32,000 nucleotides of DNA, from the NCBI GenBank assembly GCA_947073285.1, contig CAMTJT010000006.1:46972-78971 (forward strand), in the 5' to 3' direction. Shown piece by piece: positions 17,260 through 26,739 of the stretch. Numbering within the stretch: position 1 is the stretch's first letter; each line of letters begins with the position of its first letter. The notes below the pieces were generated by a model. It was not told the DNA's origin and made no database searches. It saw only the letters and a program-made list of their open reading frames with translations. Origin of the DNA: an uncultured Clostridium sp. (lineage in GTDB: Bacteria; Bacillota; Clostridia; TANB77; CAG-508). The translations under genes were made by a program, and so were the position numbers.

Positions 17260-17649
17260 TCAAAAGATATTTACAATTTTTAAAGCAGATTTATCTTTTA
17301 TATGTTCTAATATAAAAGTACAATTACTCAAATTTTCAGCTGCCATGCTATATTCTTCCATTTCTATATCAGAACCTAGCTTGGTTAATTCTGTTCCTAC
17401 TTTTTCTAATTCATCATGTTCTATATAATATGCCATTGTTTCATAATAATCGTTCCATGCTTTTTGTACCTTCTGCATTTTTTGTTTTGCCTTTTCTTTA
17501 CTTGCGGTTTCCTTTGTTACCTCTTCTTGTAACACCTCTAAATTACTTTTCATTTCATCTACTATTTTGACAGTATTATTTTGAGTAATAATGTTTCCTA
17601 CTGCTATTAAAGCAATTACTACAATACAAATTATTATTTCTTTATACAC
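17260..17649 (-). CDS. DUF4363-like membrane-anchored protein
   Basis: 129 aa with an N-terminal TM helix and a helical domain. This is the usual partner gene downstream of DUF421/YetF-type genes in Clostridia. GTG start with a weak SD, so the start is uncertain. Confidence 0.6.
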   Translation of the reverse strand: MYKEIIICIVVIALIAVGNIITQNNTVKIVDEMKSNLEVLQEEVTKETASKEKAKQKMQKVQKAWNDYYETMAYYIEHDELEKVGTELTKLGSDIEMEEYSMAAENLSNCTFILEHIKDKSALKIVNIF

Positions 17650-17708
17650 TTCTTCTTTTTATAACATAGCTTTGTATCTATATTATAGACTCCTTCCTAA
17701 TTAACTTG

Positions 17709-18386
17709 TTATCTTTTTTGCTCTTTTTCTTGGCAAAAAATTTGACCTTTTCCATCATAAGTAACAATTAAAGCATCTTCTATATTGATATTAAATTTGG
17801 CTACTTGTTTTCTTAACCAATCTTCCTCTTTTTGAATTTGCTTTAAATTTTCTTTCATAATTTTTCCATCTACTACTAAATCATAAGTAATTCCTTCATA
17901 TTCTGGCATTATATTAAAATCTTCTGGTATAGTAGTTCTTTTATTTGGTTTTTGAATAACAGTTACTTGTCCACTAGTTTCTAAAATAGCATATTCTACA
18001 TCTCCAATATTAACAATATTATTTCCTCTTAACCTTTCTTGTAATTCATTTAAAGTAAATCTTTCCTTTTTTAAAGCTTTTTCATCAATTCTGCCACGGT
18101 ATATTAAAATAGTAGGTTTACCACATAATACTGCTCTTGATTTCATACTTTTCATATTAATCATAGATATGACTAAATGCATTACTAAAAGTCCTAAAAT
18201 TGGTATAATTCCATTTGAAATTGGTATTCCATTATCTGACATTGGAATAGATGCTAAATCTGCAATCATGATAGAAATAGCAAGTTCAAATGGCTGAAGT
18301 TGCCCTATTTCTCTTTTTCCCATAAGTCTCATAACAATTAAAACAAGTATGTATAAAACAATGGTTCTAATAAATGTAACTAACAT
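17709..18386 (-). CDS. DUF421 (YetF/YrbG-like) membrane protein
   Basis: MLVTFIRTIVLYILVLIVMRLMGKREIGQLQPFELAISIMIADLA... is the characteristic DUF421 N-terminus. 225 aa. Confidence 0.8.
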   Translation of the reverse strand: MLVTFIRTIVLYILVLIVMRLMGKREIGQLQPFELAISIMIADLASIPMSDNGIPISNGIIPILGLLVMHLVISMINMKSMKSRAVLCGKPTILIYRGRIDEKALKKERFTLNELQERLRGNNIVNIGDVEYAILETSGQVTVIQKPNKRTTIPEDFNIMPEYEGITYDLVVDGKIMKENLKQIQKEEDWLRKQVAKFNINIEDALIVTYDGKGQIFCQEKEQKR

Positions 18387-18625
18387 ATTTCACGCTCCGC
18401 TATTAACACTTTTATTGTTAATTTTATTCATTTTTCTTATTATCATTTTGAACAAAAAAAATAAATTTATTCATAATTGTTTGAATAAATTTTTATTTTT
18501 AGTTCATAATAAATTTAGAAAACCATCAAAAAGGTTTTAGCAAATGTTTTAATTTTTTTAATGCATTTGCCCAATCCGTACATTTAAGTACCTACTTAGA
18601 ATTACGGAAAAGGAGGTTTTTGAAA

Positions 18626-19003
18626 ATGTCAGATAATAATGCAAACACACAAACAAGATCAAATACCAAAGGCACAGTATGGCAAATTGTTGGTAGATTA
18701 GTTACTGCTGCAATCGTTCTTGCTGTTACTGCATTTTTTACACCAGGATTCCAAATTAATAATATTTGGTCATTAGCAGCAGCTGCTATTGTTCTTACTA
18801 TTATTGATTATTTAATTACTAAATTTACAGGATTACATGCAAGTTCTTTTGGTAAAGGATTTGTAGGATTTGTTCTTTCTGCTGTAGTATTATATGTTAC
18901 TCAATACTTTGTAGCAGGATACACAGTATCTTGGATGGCAGCTATTATTGGTGCTTTAGTATATGGTGTTGTAGACTATTTTCTTCCTGGCGAACAACAA
19001 TAG
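18626..19003 (+). CDS. small integral membrane protein (about 3 TM segments, holin-like or DUF360-like)
   Basis: AGGAGG 9 nt upstream of the ATG at 18626. The TTG at 18620 used in the track is too close to the SD. Hydrophobic segments LVTAAIVLAVTAFF, LAAAAIVLTIIDYLI, FVGFVLSAVVLYV, AAIIGALVYGVV. Confidence 0.7.
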   Translation: MSDNNANTQTRSNTKGTVWQIVGRLVTAAIVLAVTAFFTPGFQINNIWSLAAAAIVLTIIDYLITKFTGLHASSFGKGFVGFVLSAVVLYVTQYFVAGYTVSWMAAIIGALVYGVVDYFLPGEQQ

Positions 19004-19010
19004 AAAATGT

Positions 19011-19054
19011 AAAATGGGAAAAGGAGGCAAGCCTCTTTTCCCATTTTTCCTTTT
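19011..19054. terminator. bidirectional terminator between convergent genes
   Basis: ATGGGAAAAGGAGG, loop CAAG, CCTCTTTTCCCAT, then a T-rich run, with an A-rich run on the other side. Confidence 0.65.
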
Positions 19055-19064
19055 GGTACCCTAA

Positions 19065-19283
19065 TTAGGATTCTACAGTATTTCGATTAACTACATACCT
19101 ATGTTTTTTTTCATTAGAAGTATACTGATATGGCACTATCCTTCCTTCATCTCCTAATTTACTCATAACAGATAAAATCGTCATATCTTCCTCAATTCCA
19201 GTTTCTTGTGCCTTCTGTTTCAATTCTTGAAATGTAAAAGGTTCTTGCATACTAAGGATTATCTTCGTAACTTTCTTTTCCAT
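19065..19283 (-). CDS. 72-aa hypothetical protein
   Basis: Strong SD (TAGGAGG) 7 nt before the ATG. Soluble, possibly a winged-helix-sized domain. No motif recognised. Confidence 0.6.
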   Translation of the reverse strand: MEKKVTKIILSMQEPFTFQELKQKAQETGIEEDMTILSVMSKLGDEGRIVPYQYTSNEKKHRYVVNRNTVES

Positions 19284-19530
19284 TTGTTGCCTCCTATCTT
19301 CTTGCAGTTTGTAGTTATTGTTACTATAGTTTTTTACCTTTTATAAATATTTGCCTAAAAATCTTATCATATTTTGTCGAAAAATGCAATTCATTATTTG
19401 TATTTCTTACAAGAAAATATATACTATTTAATCATACAAATTGCATCTAACTTACAGAATTTCATTTAACTTTTTGCTTGCCAAAAAAACATATATTATT
19501 AGAACAATTTGGCTGAAATAAAGTAAAACA

Positions 19531-20787
19531 TTACTTTCCCTTATTCCAATCTTCTTTATTGGTTTGTCTTTGTCTTGCTATTGCTAAACTTTCAGATGGC
19601 ACATCTTGTACTATAGTAGAACCTGCTGCTACTAATACATGGTCTCCTAAAGTTACTGGTGCTACCAAATTTACATTTGAACCAACAAAACAATTATCTC
19701 CTATTTTGGTTTTATGCTTATTTTTTCCATCATAATTACATGTAATTGTTCCACATCCTATATTACATTTTTCTCCTATTTCACAGTCTCCCATGTAAGA
19801 TAAATGTGGCACTTTAGAGCCTTTGCCTACTTTAGTTTTCTTAATTTCTACAAAACTTCCTACTTTTGCTTTGTCTTCTAAAACACAGCCTTCACGGATA
19901 TAGGCATTTGGACCAATATTACAATCTTCTCCAATTACTACTCCTGATTTAATAGTGGTGTTTGGATGAATAACTGTATCTATTCCTATTTCTACATCTT
20001 CATAAATATAAGTAGTGTTCATATCTTCTATAGTAACCCCATTGTTCATATGCATTGTATTAATACGAATTCTTAAAAATCTGGTAAGCATTTCTAATTG
20101 TAATTTTGTATTTAAACTTAAAATTTCTGTGTTATCTTCTACTAAAACACCACCTATCTTTTCTCCTTTAGTAGATAGCATTTGAATAACATCAGTTAAA
20201 TAATATAAGCCCATACTACTTTTTTCTAATTTACCAATAATTTCTAATAATTTATCAATTGAAAAACAATATAATCCAGCATTTACTTCTAACAATTTAG
20301 CCTGTGCTTGTGTTAATTCTTTTTCTTCTACTATTTGTGTAATTACATTATTAGTTCTAATTATTCTGCCATAACCTATTGGTTCACTAATAATCCCTGT
20401 TAAAATAGTAACAGCTTCTTCTTCTTTTTGTGACTTTTCTATTAAAGTTTGAATTGTTTGTGGTGTAATTAATGGGATATTTCCATTAGCAATTACTACT
20501 TTACCTTCTTTTCCCTCTAAATAGCTAACAGCTTGCATAATTGCATGCCCTGTGCCTAAACATTGTTTTTGCTCAAGATAGGTAACTTCATCTTTTAAAA
20601 TTTCTTCTATTTCTGATTTGTTTTCTCCTACAATAACAGCTATTTCTTCTACTCCTGCCTTTTTAATAGAATCTACTACTCTTTTAATAACTGCTTTTCC
20701 ATATAATTCTTGTGCTAATTTTGATTTTTTTGATTTCATTCTATCGTCTGTTCCTGCTGCCATTACTAAACCTATTACTTTTTCCAT
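19531..20787 (-). CDS. glmU: GlmU-like bifunctional nucleotidyltransferase/acetyltransferase with a degenerate N-terminal signature
   Basis: 418 aa. N-terminal nucleotidyltransferase fold and C-terminal left-handed beta-helix (IGDNCFVGSNVNLVAPVTLGDHVLVAAGSTIVQDVP...IARQRQTNKEDW), as in GlmU. The canonical LAAGKGTRMKS signature reads MAAGTDDRMKS. Confidence 0.7.
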   Translation of the reverse strand: MEKVIGLVMAAGTDDRMKSKKSKLAQELYGKAVIKRVVDSIKKAGVEEIAVIVGENKSEIEEILKDEVTYLEQKQCLGTGHAIMQAVSYLEGKEGKVVIANGNIPLITPQTIQTLIEKSQKEEEAVTILTGIISEPIGYGRIIRTNNVITQIVEEKELTQAQAKLLEVNAGLYCFSIDKLLEIIGKLEKSSMGLYYLTDVIQMLSTKGEKIGGVLVEDNTEILSLNTKLQLEMLTRFLRIRINTMHMNNGVTIEDMNTTYIYEDVEIGIDTVIHPNTTIKSGVVIGEDCNIGPNAYIREGCVLEDKAKVGSFVEIKKTKVGKGSKVPHLSYMGDCEIGEKCNIGCGTITCNYDGKNKHKTKIGDNCFVGSNVNLVAPVTLGDHVLVAAGSTIVQDVPSESLAIARQRQTNKEDWNKGK

Positions 20788-20983
20788 GCTTTTTTACCTC
20801 ATATTATATATTTATAAATTTTATAAATATATTCTTTCTTTTTTCTTTATTCTAATCGCTTCAATTTGCTATCAGTTTTTTAACTTTCAAAAACTCACTT
20901 TATGTTATATAACAATCATTCATCATAAACTACTAAAAACTTTTAAACTCCTAAAAAGATAATTTATAAAAATATTTATCTAT

Positions 20984-22213
20984 TTAAAATTTTGCATTAT
21001 ATAAATCTACCGCTGTTTCTGGGCTATCTTCTCCTGTTTTATTTTTTACTGGTGCGAATTCGTCTTCTCTTTTTACTCTTAAAACAGTAATATCATCATA
21101 TCTAGCAAACACATCAAAAATGAATGCTTCAAATTTATATGCGTTTGGTTCTTGTGGTTCTATATATTCTCCTTGTTCGTTTAAATAAGCACATTTTTTA
21201 AATGCTGCATGAACAGGAAGCTTTACATCTGCTAAATTTTCTAATACGTTTCGATGAAGTAAATAGTTTCCAAAATTTCCTTCTCCATAAAGTAATTCGC
21301 CATTTTCATCTCGTTGTTCGGCTAGTTCTTCTGGTAAATCAATATACTCTATTACTTTAGGTTTTCCATTTACTTTACAAAAAACACCTACTTTTTCTTT
21401 TGGACTATTTTTAGCAACTGACTTTGCTGCTATTTTTTGATTTTGTTTAATGGTAATTCCTACTAATAGTGGATCTATAAAGTTAGATAAAATATTATCA
21501 ATATTACTAATAAATATCCATTCGATATTGTTTGTTTTCATTTCTTTTATATAGCCTGATTTTGCAATTGCCTCATAAATACCACCATTTCCATCTGCTG
21601 CTTCTTTAATTGTTTTATTTTTATCTAATATTACTTTTCCTTGTGTGTTTACTAGTGGTAATTCTCCTTGTGTAAAAAACTTTATTTTATTAGCTGGATA
21701 TCCAAAATATTCATGTTCTTTCAAAAATGCTAGTGTTTCTTGATGGTTTTCTTTACTAGTCATAATATACCATGGTACAAAAACGCCATACTGTTTTTGT
21801 GCTTGTTTTAAGGTATCTACTATAATTTCAAATATATATTTTGTTCCATTTTTAGTAGTTAATGGATATGTTCCTTTTGGTCCGCTATGCCCAAGCCTTG
21901 TACCTTGACCTCCTGCTAAAGTAATTACTGCATAACTACCTTCTTTTATGATTGTTTCGCCTACTTTTTGTAGCTCTTCTCTTTCTTCTTTGGTTAGCTT
22001 TTGTTTATCTGTATAATGAATATATTCTATTTTCTTTTCTTCTATGTATTTTTCTTTTTGTGTTTCTTTATATAATGTATTTAATTGCTCAAAATCTATT
22101 CTTAAAATTTGTTCCTCTAATTGTTTTTCTTGCTCTTCACTTAATAAATTAGCATAATTTAAAAGATGTTCTTGATGATATTTTTCTAAAATTTGTATTA
22201 CTTCTTTTTTCAT
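20984..22213 (-). CDS. UDPGP-family (UAP1-like, eukaryotic-type) UDP-sugar / UDP-N-acetylhexosamine pyrophosphorylase
   Basis: 409 aa with the LAGGQGTRLGHSGPKGTYPL signature loop of the UTP--glucose-1-phosphate uridylyltransferase family. Confidence 0.75.
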   Translation of the reverse strand: MKKEVIQILEKYHQEHLLNYANLLSEEQEKQLEEQILRIDFEQLNTLYKETQKEKYIEEKKIEYIHYTDKQKLTKEEREELQKVGETIIKEGSYAVITLAGGQGTRLGHSGPKGTYPLTTKNGTKYIFEIIVDTLKQAQKQYGVFVPWYIMTSKENHQETLAFLKEHEYFGYPANKIKFFTQGELPLVNTQGKVILDKNKTIKEAADGNGGIYEAIAKSGYIKEMKTNNIEWIFISNIDNILSNFIDPLLVGITIKQNQKIAAKSVAKNSPKEKVGVFCKVNGKPKVIEYIDLPEELAEQRDENGELLYGEGNFGNYLLHRNVLENLADVKLPVHAAFKKCAYLNEQGEYIEPQEPNAYKFEAFIFDVFARYDDITVLRVKREDEFAPVKNKTGEDSPETAVDLYNAKF

Positions 22214-22357
22214 TATAACTCCCGCCTTTTAGATTATATTTTCATAATCTATTTCTTATAGATTATTTTGCACTTCTCTTTTTATTACTATTATTGTATG
22301 CAAATATTTTTATTTTGCTTTATTCGTTATATCATAAATGTAAGAAATAAGTCAAAT

Positions 22358-22381
22358 ATCTGTGGCTTGACAGCCACAGAT
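22358..22381 (-). terminator. hairpin after the 89-aa membrane protein gene
   Basis: ATCTGTGGCT, loop TGAC, AGCCACAGAT: a perfect 10-bp stem 14 nt past the stop codon. The trailing T-run is only moderate. Confidence 0.5.
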
Positions 22382-22394
22382 ACTCTATTTTAGG

Positions 22395-22664
22395 TTAGTA
22401 GCATTTGTTTTTATTGCATATTCTTTCTATTGCTCTTATAATAATTAATATTAATAATATTACTGCTAGTATGATAAATGCTGGTAAAGATGCTAAAATA
22501 ATAACGGCTATTACTGGAATAGCACCTACTATTAAACCTAAAGTGACTCCTAATAAGATAGATAATATAAAGATAATAACATCTATGCAACATTTATTTT
22601 TTCTTTTATTTTTGTTTTCGTTATTACATATAATAATGCATTTTTTCTCGTCTTCTTCGTACAT
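22395..22664 (-). CDS. 89-aa Cys-rich membrane protein
   Basis: TAGGAGGTG SD. Two long hydrophobic helices flanked by Cys/Lys/Asn-rich ends (KKCIIICNN...NKCCID ... ERICNKNKCY). Confidence 0.65.
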   Translation of the reverse strand: MYEEDEKKCIIICNNENKNKRKNKCCIDVIIFILSILLGVTLGLIVGAIPVIAVIILASLPAFIILAVILLILIIIRAIERICNKNKCY

Positions 22665-22857
22665 GTTTTTTGCACCTCCTAGTAATACTTAAATTGTAAG
22701 CATTACTACTATATTATATGCATGCTTTTTACTATTTTCTACATTTTTCTACTTTTTTTAAATTTCTAATTGTTCTTTTGTTATAAGCCCTATTTTTAAA
22801 ACAATTATAACAACGAAAATTTATGTATTTATTCAACTTTTACTCCAATATATATTC

Positions 22858-24075
22858 TTAATCTTTAAAATCCATAAACTTGTCAATATTCATTTGCCCT
22901 GCTCTTGTGACAGTATTATAACCATACTTTTCTTTTAACTTATCAAGTGTTTTGTCTAGCTTCTGTTGTTTTTCATTTCTTGGTGTATCGAATAAAGAAA
23001 TCTGTTGAACTTCTGGAGAACTTAGCTTATCTACCTTAATTCCTATCAAACGAATAGACTCATTTTTATAACATTCTTTTAACAAATCTTTTGCCATTTC
23101 AAAAATAATTTTTGTACTACTAGTTGGTGTTGCTAAGGTTCGTTGATGGGAATAGCTTTTAAACTCACTTGTTTTTATTTGTACGCCCACTACTCTTGCA
23201 AGTAAATTATGTTTTCTTAAACGATAAGTAGTTTGTTGGGTAATAGCTAATAAAATTTCTTCTATCTTTTCTAAATTGTTTAAATCTTCTGGCAAAGTTA
23301 CTGAATTACCTATACATTTTGGCTCTTCTTTAGTAGCATTTACTTCTGATAAATCTATTCCATTTGCATATTCCCATATTAATTTTCCGAATTTTCCAAA
23401 TAAATTTATCATGTCTTGTTGATTTCTTTTTGCTAGTTCTCCTATTGTTTTAATACCTAATCTTTCTAATTTGGGCAGACTTCTCTTTCCTACCATAAAT
23501 AATTCTGATACTGGTAAATTCCACATTTTAGTAGGTATTTCACTATCATACAAAGTATGCACCTTATCTGGCTTTTCAAAATCTGACGCCATTTTAGCCA
23601 GTAATTTATTAGATGCCACCCCTATATTTACTGTAAATTCAAGCTCTTCCTTTACTCTTTTTTGTATTTCATAAGCTATTTGTAGTTGTGTTTTTCCTTG
23701 TGGTATAAAATTGGTAATATCTAAAAAACATTCATCTATAGAAAATCTTTCTATCTGATCTGTATATTCACAAAGTAATTGATATAAACGATTAGAATAC
23801 TCGTGATACACTTTAAAATTACTTTGATATATTTGCAAATTAGGACATTTTTGTTTAGCAAAGTAAATTGGCTCTGCTGTTTGTATTCCATATTTTTTAG
23901 CAGGCATACTTTTAGCTAAAACAATTCCTTTTCTTTTTTCTTCATCCCCACCAATAATAGCAGGAATAGTTCTAATATCTACCTCTGCTCCGTTTTTTAG
24001 CATTTCTACTGCTGTCCAAGAAAGAAATGCATTATTTACATCTACATGCAAAATTTTTCGTTCCAAAAGCCTCAT
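22858..24075 (-). CDS. Y-family DNA polymerase (UmuC/YqjW-type translesion polymerase)
   Basis: 405 aa. ILHVDVNNAFLSWTAVE (the D-x-N-x-F motif typical of the UmuC branch), SIDECFLD, little-finger region. Confidence 0.85.
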   Translation of the reverse strand: MRLLERKILHVDVNNAFLSWTAVEMLKNGAEVDIRTIPAIIGGDEEKRKGIVLAKSMPAKKYGIQTAEPIYFAKQKCPNLQIYQSNFKVYHEYSNRLYQLLCEYTDQIERFSIDECFLDITNFIPQGKTQLQIAYEIQKRVKEELEFTVNIGVASNKLLAKMASDFEKPDKVHTLYDSEIPTKMWNLPVSELFMVGKRSLPKLERLGIKTIGELAKRNQQDMINLFGKFGKLIWEYANGIDLSEVNATKEEPKCIGNSVTLPEDLNNLEKIEEILLAITQQTTYRLRKHNLLARVVGVQIKTSEFKSYSHQRTLATPTSSTKIIFEMAKDLLKECYKNESIRLIGIKVDKLSSPEVQQISLFDTPRNEKQQKLDKTLDKLKEKYGYNTVTRAGQMNIDKFMDFKD

Positions 24076-24087
24076 CTTCCTTTATCG

Positions 24088-24921
24088 TTATGATATATAT
24101 TTTTGTACTTGCAAGCGAAGTTTCCCTTTAGCTGTTTGTGATACAATCTCTCCTATTTCATATTTACCTTTTCCTCTAATAGTTAACACATCTTGTTGTT
24201 TTAACATAGTAGCATTTTTGGTTTTTAACTCATAATTTACAAATACTCTTTCTGAGCTAATTAGTTCATTTGCCTTACTTCTTGATAAATGCAAAATTTC
24301 AGAAACTACTACATCTAACCTCATTTGTGGAATTAAAATAATCATTTCTTCTTTTTGTACTGGCAAAATATTTAAATTAGTTAGTTCTTTTACTGTAATT
24401 TCTGACTTTTGAAATCTTGTTAATTCTTTTAACTGTGTTTGTAAATAATCTACCATGTCATTTAGTACTAAAATATCTGCTCCTTTTTCATTTACTATAA
24501 TATCTCCTATTATTTCTCTTTTTATTCCTAACTTCATTAAACCACCTAAGTATTGTGCATGGTGGAAACTTCCTTGTAATTCTTCTGGTAACATAATAGA
24601 AATTACTTTTATGGTATCTATTATTACTTTATTTTGTTCTCTTTTTCCTTCAAATAATTCTTGCAATTTATCTGGATACAAAAATAGTATTTTTCTTTGT
24701 GCTTCTTCATAACCACCGTCTAAAATATATTGCTTTTCCTTACATAAATTTAACATTTTAGTAACTGTATTTTGTTCATAACTATCTAAAAAGTAAGTTG
24801 TTTGTATTTGATTTTTCATATTTGCAAATTTTAGCTTGTCCCACACTTTTGAAATTAACAATTTTTCTTCTTGTTTTGCAAATTTTTTTAGTAGCTCTTG
24901 TTTCTCCATTTTTATGACCAT
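24088..24921 (-). CDS. ylmH: YlmH-like S4-domain RNA-binding protein
   Basis: 277 aa. ...FHHAQYLGGLMKLGIKREIIGDII... and C-terminal S4 motif MRLDVVVSEILHLSRSKANELISSERVFVNYE...VLTIRGKGKY. An alternative start is the ATG at 24909. Confidence 0.75.
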   Translation of the reverse strand: MVIKMEKQELLKKFAKQEEKLLISKVWDKLKFANMKNQIQTTYFLDSYEQNTVTKMLNLCKEKQYILDGGYEEAQRKILFLYPDKLQELFEGKREQNKVIIDTIKVISIMLPEELQGSFHHAQYLGGLMKLGIKREIIGDIIVNEKGADILVLNDMVDYLQTQLKELTRFQKSEITVKELTNLNILPVQKEEMIILIPQMRLDVVVSEILHLSRSKANELISSERVFVNYELKTKNATMLKQQDVLTIRGKGKYEIGEIVSQTAKGKLRLQVQKYIS

Positions 24922-25120
24922 TCCTTTCTTTGCTTACGGAAATACTACTTTTCCCATTTTATTACTTTTCAAGCTTCCAACACGTTTTATGCTTGTATAT
25001 CTTTCTTCCGTAGTTCTAAATATTTCTTGTCCATCATATCATAAATTATGTTTTATTTCTATGTTTTTTATCAATGTTACAATTTTATTACAAAAATATT
25101 ACAAAATTGTTACATTTCTA

Positions 25121-25149
25121 TTGAATTATGTTAATTTTTGCGTTATAAT
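25121..25149 (+). promoter_or_regulatory. promoter of the VWA surface protein gene
   Basis: TTGAAT, 17-nt spacer, TATAAT, about 45 nt upstream of the ATG at 25193 (GAAGGAGG SD). Confidence 0.55.
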
Positions 25150-25192
25150 AATTAAGGTAAACTTTTTATGTGAGAAGGAGGATTTATAATTT

Positions 25193-26656
25193 ATGAAAAC
25201 TAAATTGATTAGTTTTTTAGCATTGTTTATTGTATTATTCACTACACTTGGTAGTTCTGCATTTGCTGTAACAATGCCTACAGAAGATAATAATTCTAAA
25301 GTAGAGGCTAATAAAACCACTTTAGAAGTAGTTGATAAAAGCATTTGTGAGATGGACTTAGATAATATGGGACATTTTAGAAAAGAGTTAACTCATTTTG
25401 ATGTAGAGAAAAGAGAATTAACCATTACTTTAACAGTCAATAATACTGCTAATGTAGAAGAAGCAGAAAAACCTGTTGAAGTATTTTTAGTGTTAGATAA
25501 CTCTAATAGTATGACCAAAACTTATAATAATAAAAATAAAATAGACTATGTAACTGATGTTGCAAATTCTTTTGCTACTTCTTTATTTAGTCATTTTAAA
25601 GATATTAAAATTGGAATTGTTGGTTTTTCAAGTACCAAAGAATTTGTAAAAGGAACTACTGGTTCTCTAGCTGATGCTAGTGTTCTACTTCCTTTATCTA
25701 ATTCTGCTGAAGCAGTAAAAAGTACTATTAATTCTTATGGTGCTGAACACGGACCATGGACTAATATTGAAGCTGGTTTAAGCTTAGCAAAATCTAATTT
25801 TTCATCTAATGCAGATACTAAAAAATATATTGTTTTATTATCAGATGGTGTACCTAATCTTTCTTTAGATACAGAACATACTCTTACTTATTCTGGTATA
25901 AATGCAGCTAATACTAAAAAGAAATTACAAGAATTAAGTCAAGAATATATGATTTATTCCGTTTTAATGGGATATTATGAAAAAGATGTACAATGCCCAA
26001 AAGCATTTATTGAAAATGGTAAAGAAATGACCTATGGAGAACTTGCAGAAGAGATTTTTGGAACACAAACAACTCCTACTGCTGGTAAGTTTTATTATAT
26101 CAATTATGAAAATTTAAATGATACCATTAATAAAGATATTTTTAATGATATTACTTATAAAAAAGATAATTCTTTAAAAAATATTGTTATTAAAGATTAC
26201 ATACCTCAAAAAATTATGAATAATTTTGATTTTATACATAGCATAGCACCTAATATTGGAACTGTAACAGATAAAGTTGATACTTCTGATAATAACAGTA
26301 TTACTTGGACTATTCCAGTATTAGAAGAAGGCAAAACTGCTACTTTAAGTTATAAACTAAAATTAAAAGATCATGTTGAAAAATCAGTTTTAAATGAAAT
26401 TATTCCTACTAATACTAAAGTAGATATTGATTTTGAAACTCCAGATGGAAAAGATAAAACCACTTCAGATGTTTCACCAAAAGTTAAAATCACTTATGAA
26501 GAACCTAAAAAACCTGAAGTACCTAAAGATAATACAGTAGCTGAAAAACCAATTCCTCAAACAGGAAATTACACAAATATTTTCTTTGTTCTAGCAACAA
26601 TTGGAATAGTTGTATTTGCTACCACAAGAATGATAAAATTAAAGAATTTAAGATAA
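25193..26656 (+). CDS. cell-wall-anchored von Willebrand factor A (VWA) domain protein with an IPQTG sorting signal
   Basis: Signal peptide MKTKLISFLALFIVLFTTLGSSAFA. MIDAS motif LVLDNSNSM. C-terminal IPQTG followed by a hydrophobic helix and an RMIKLKNLR tail. Confidence 0.85.
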   Translation: MKTKLISFLALFIVLFTTLGSSAFAVTMPTEDNNSKVEANKTTLEVVDKSICEMDLDNMGHFRKELTHFDVEKRELTITLTVNNTANVEEAEKPVEVFLVLDNSNSMTKTYNNKNKIDYVTDVANSFATSLFSHFKDIKIGIVGFSSTKEFVKGTTGSLADASVLLPLSNSAEAVKSTINSYGAEHGPWTNIEAGLSLAKSNFSSNADTKKYIVLLSDGVPNLSLDTEHTLTYSGINAANTKKKLQELSQEYMIYSVLMGYYEKDVQCPKAFIENGKEMTYGELAEEIFGTQTTPTAGKFYYINYENLNDTINKDIFNDITYKKDNSLKNIVIKDYIPQKIMNNFDFIHSIAPNIGTVTDKVDTSDNNSITWTIPVLEEGKTATLSYKLKLKDHVEKSVLNEIIPTNTKVDIDFETPDGKDKTTSDVSPKVKITYEEPKKPEVPKDNTVAEKPIPQTGNYTNIFFVLATIGIVVFATTRMIKLKNLR

Positions 26657-26661
26657 AAATT

Positions 26662-26703
26662 AATCTAGGTAAGAGCGAGTTTATCTCTTACCTAGATTTT
26701 TTA
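26662..26703 (+). terminator. rho-independent terminator of the VWA gene
   Basis: AATCTAGGTAAGAG, 9-nt loop, CTCTTACCTAGATT: a perfect 14-bp stem followed by a T-run. Confidence 0.8.
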
Positions 26704-26739
26704 ACTATTTAGCAAATAGCTGGATAAATTCTGGATATT

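Noticed and set aside
17198-17263. Longer 112-aa version of the GC-rich ORF
   Set aside because: The first 22 codons are AT-rich, overlap the stop of the DUF4363 gene and lack an SD. The internal ATG at 17197 has GGAGG at 9 nt.
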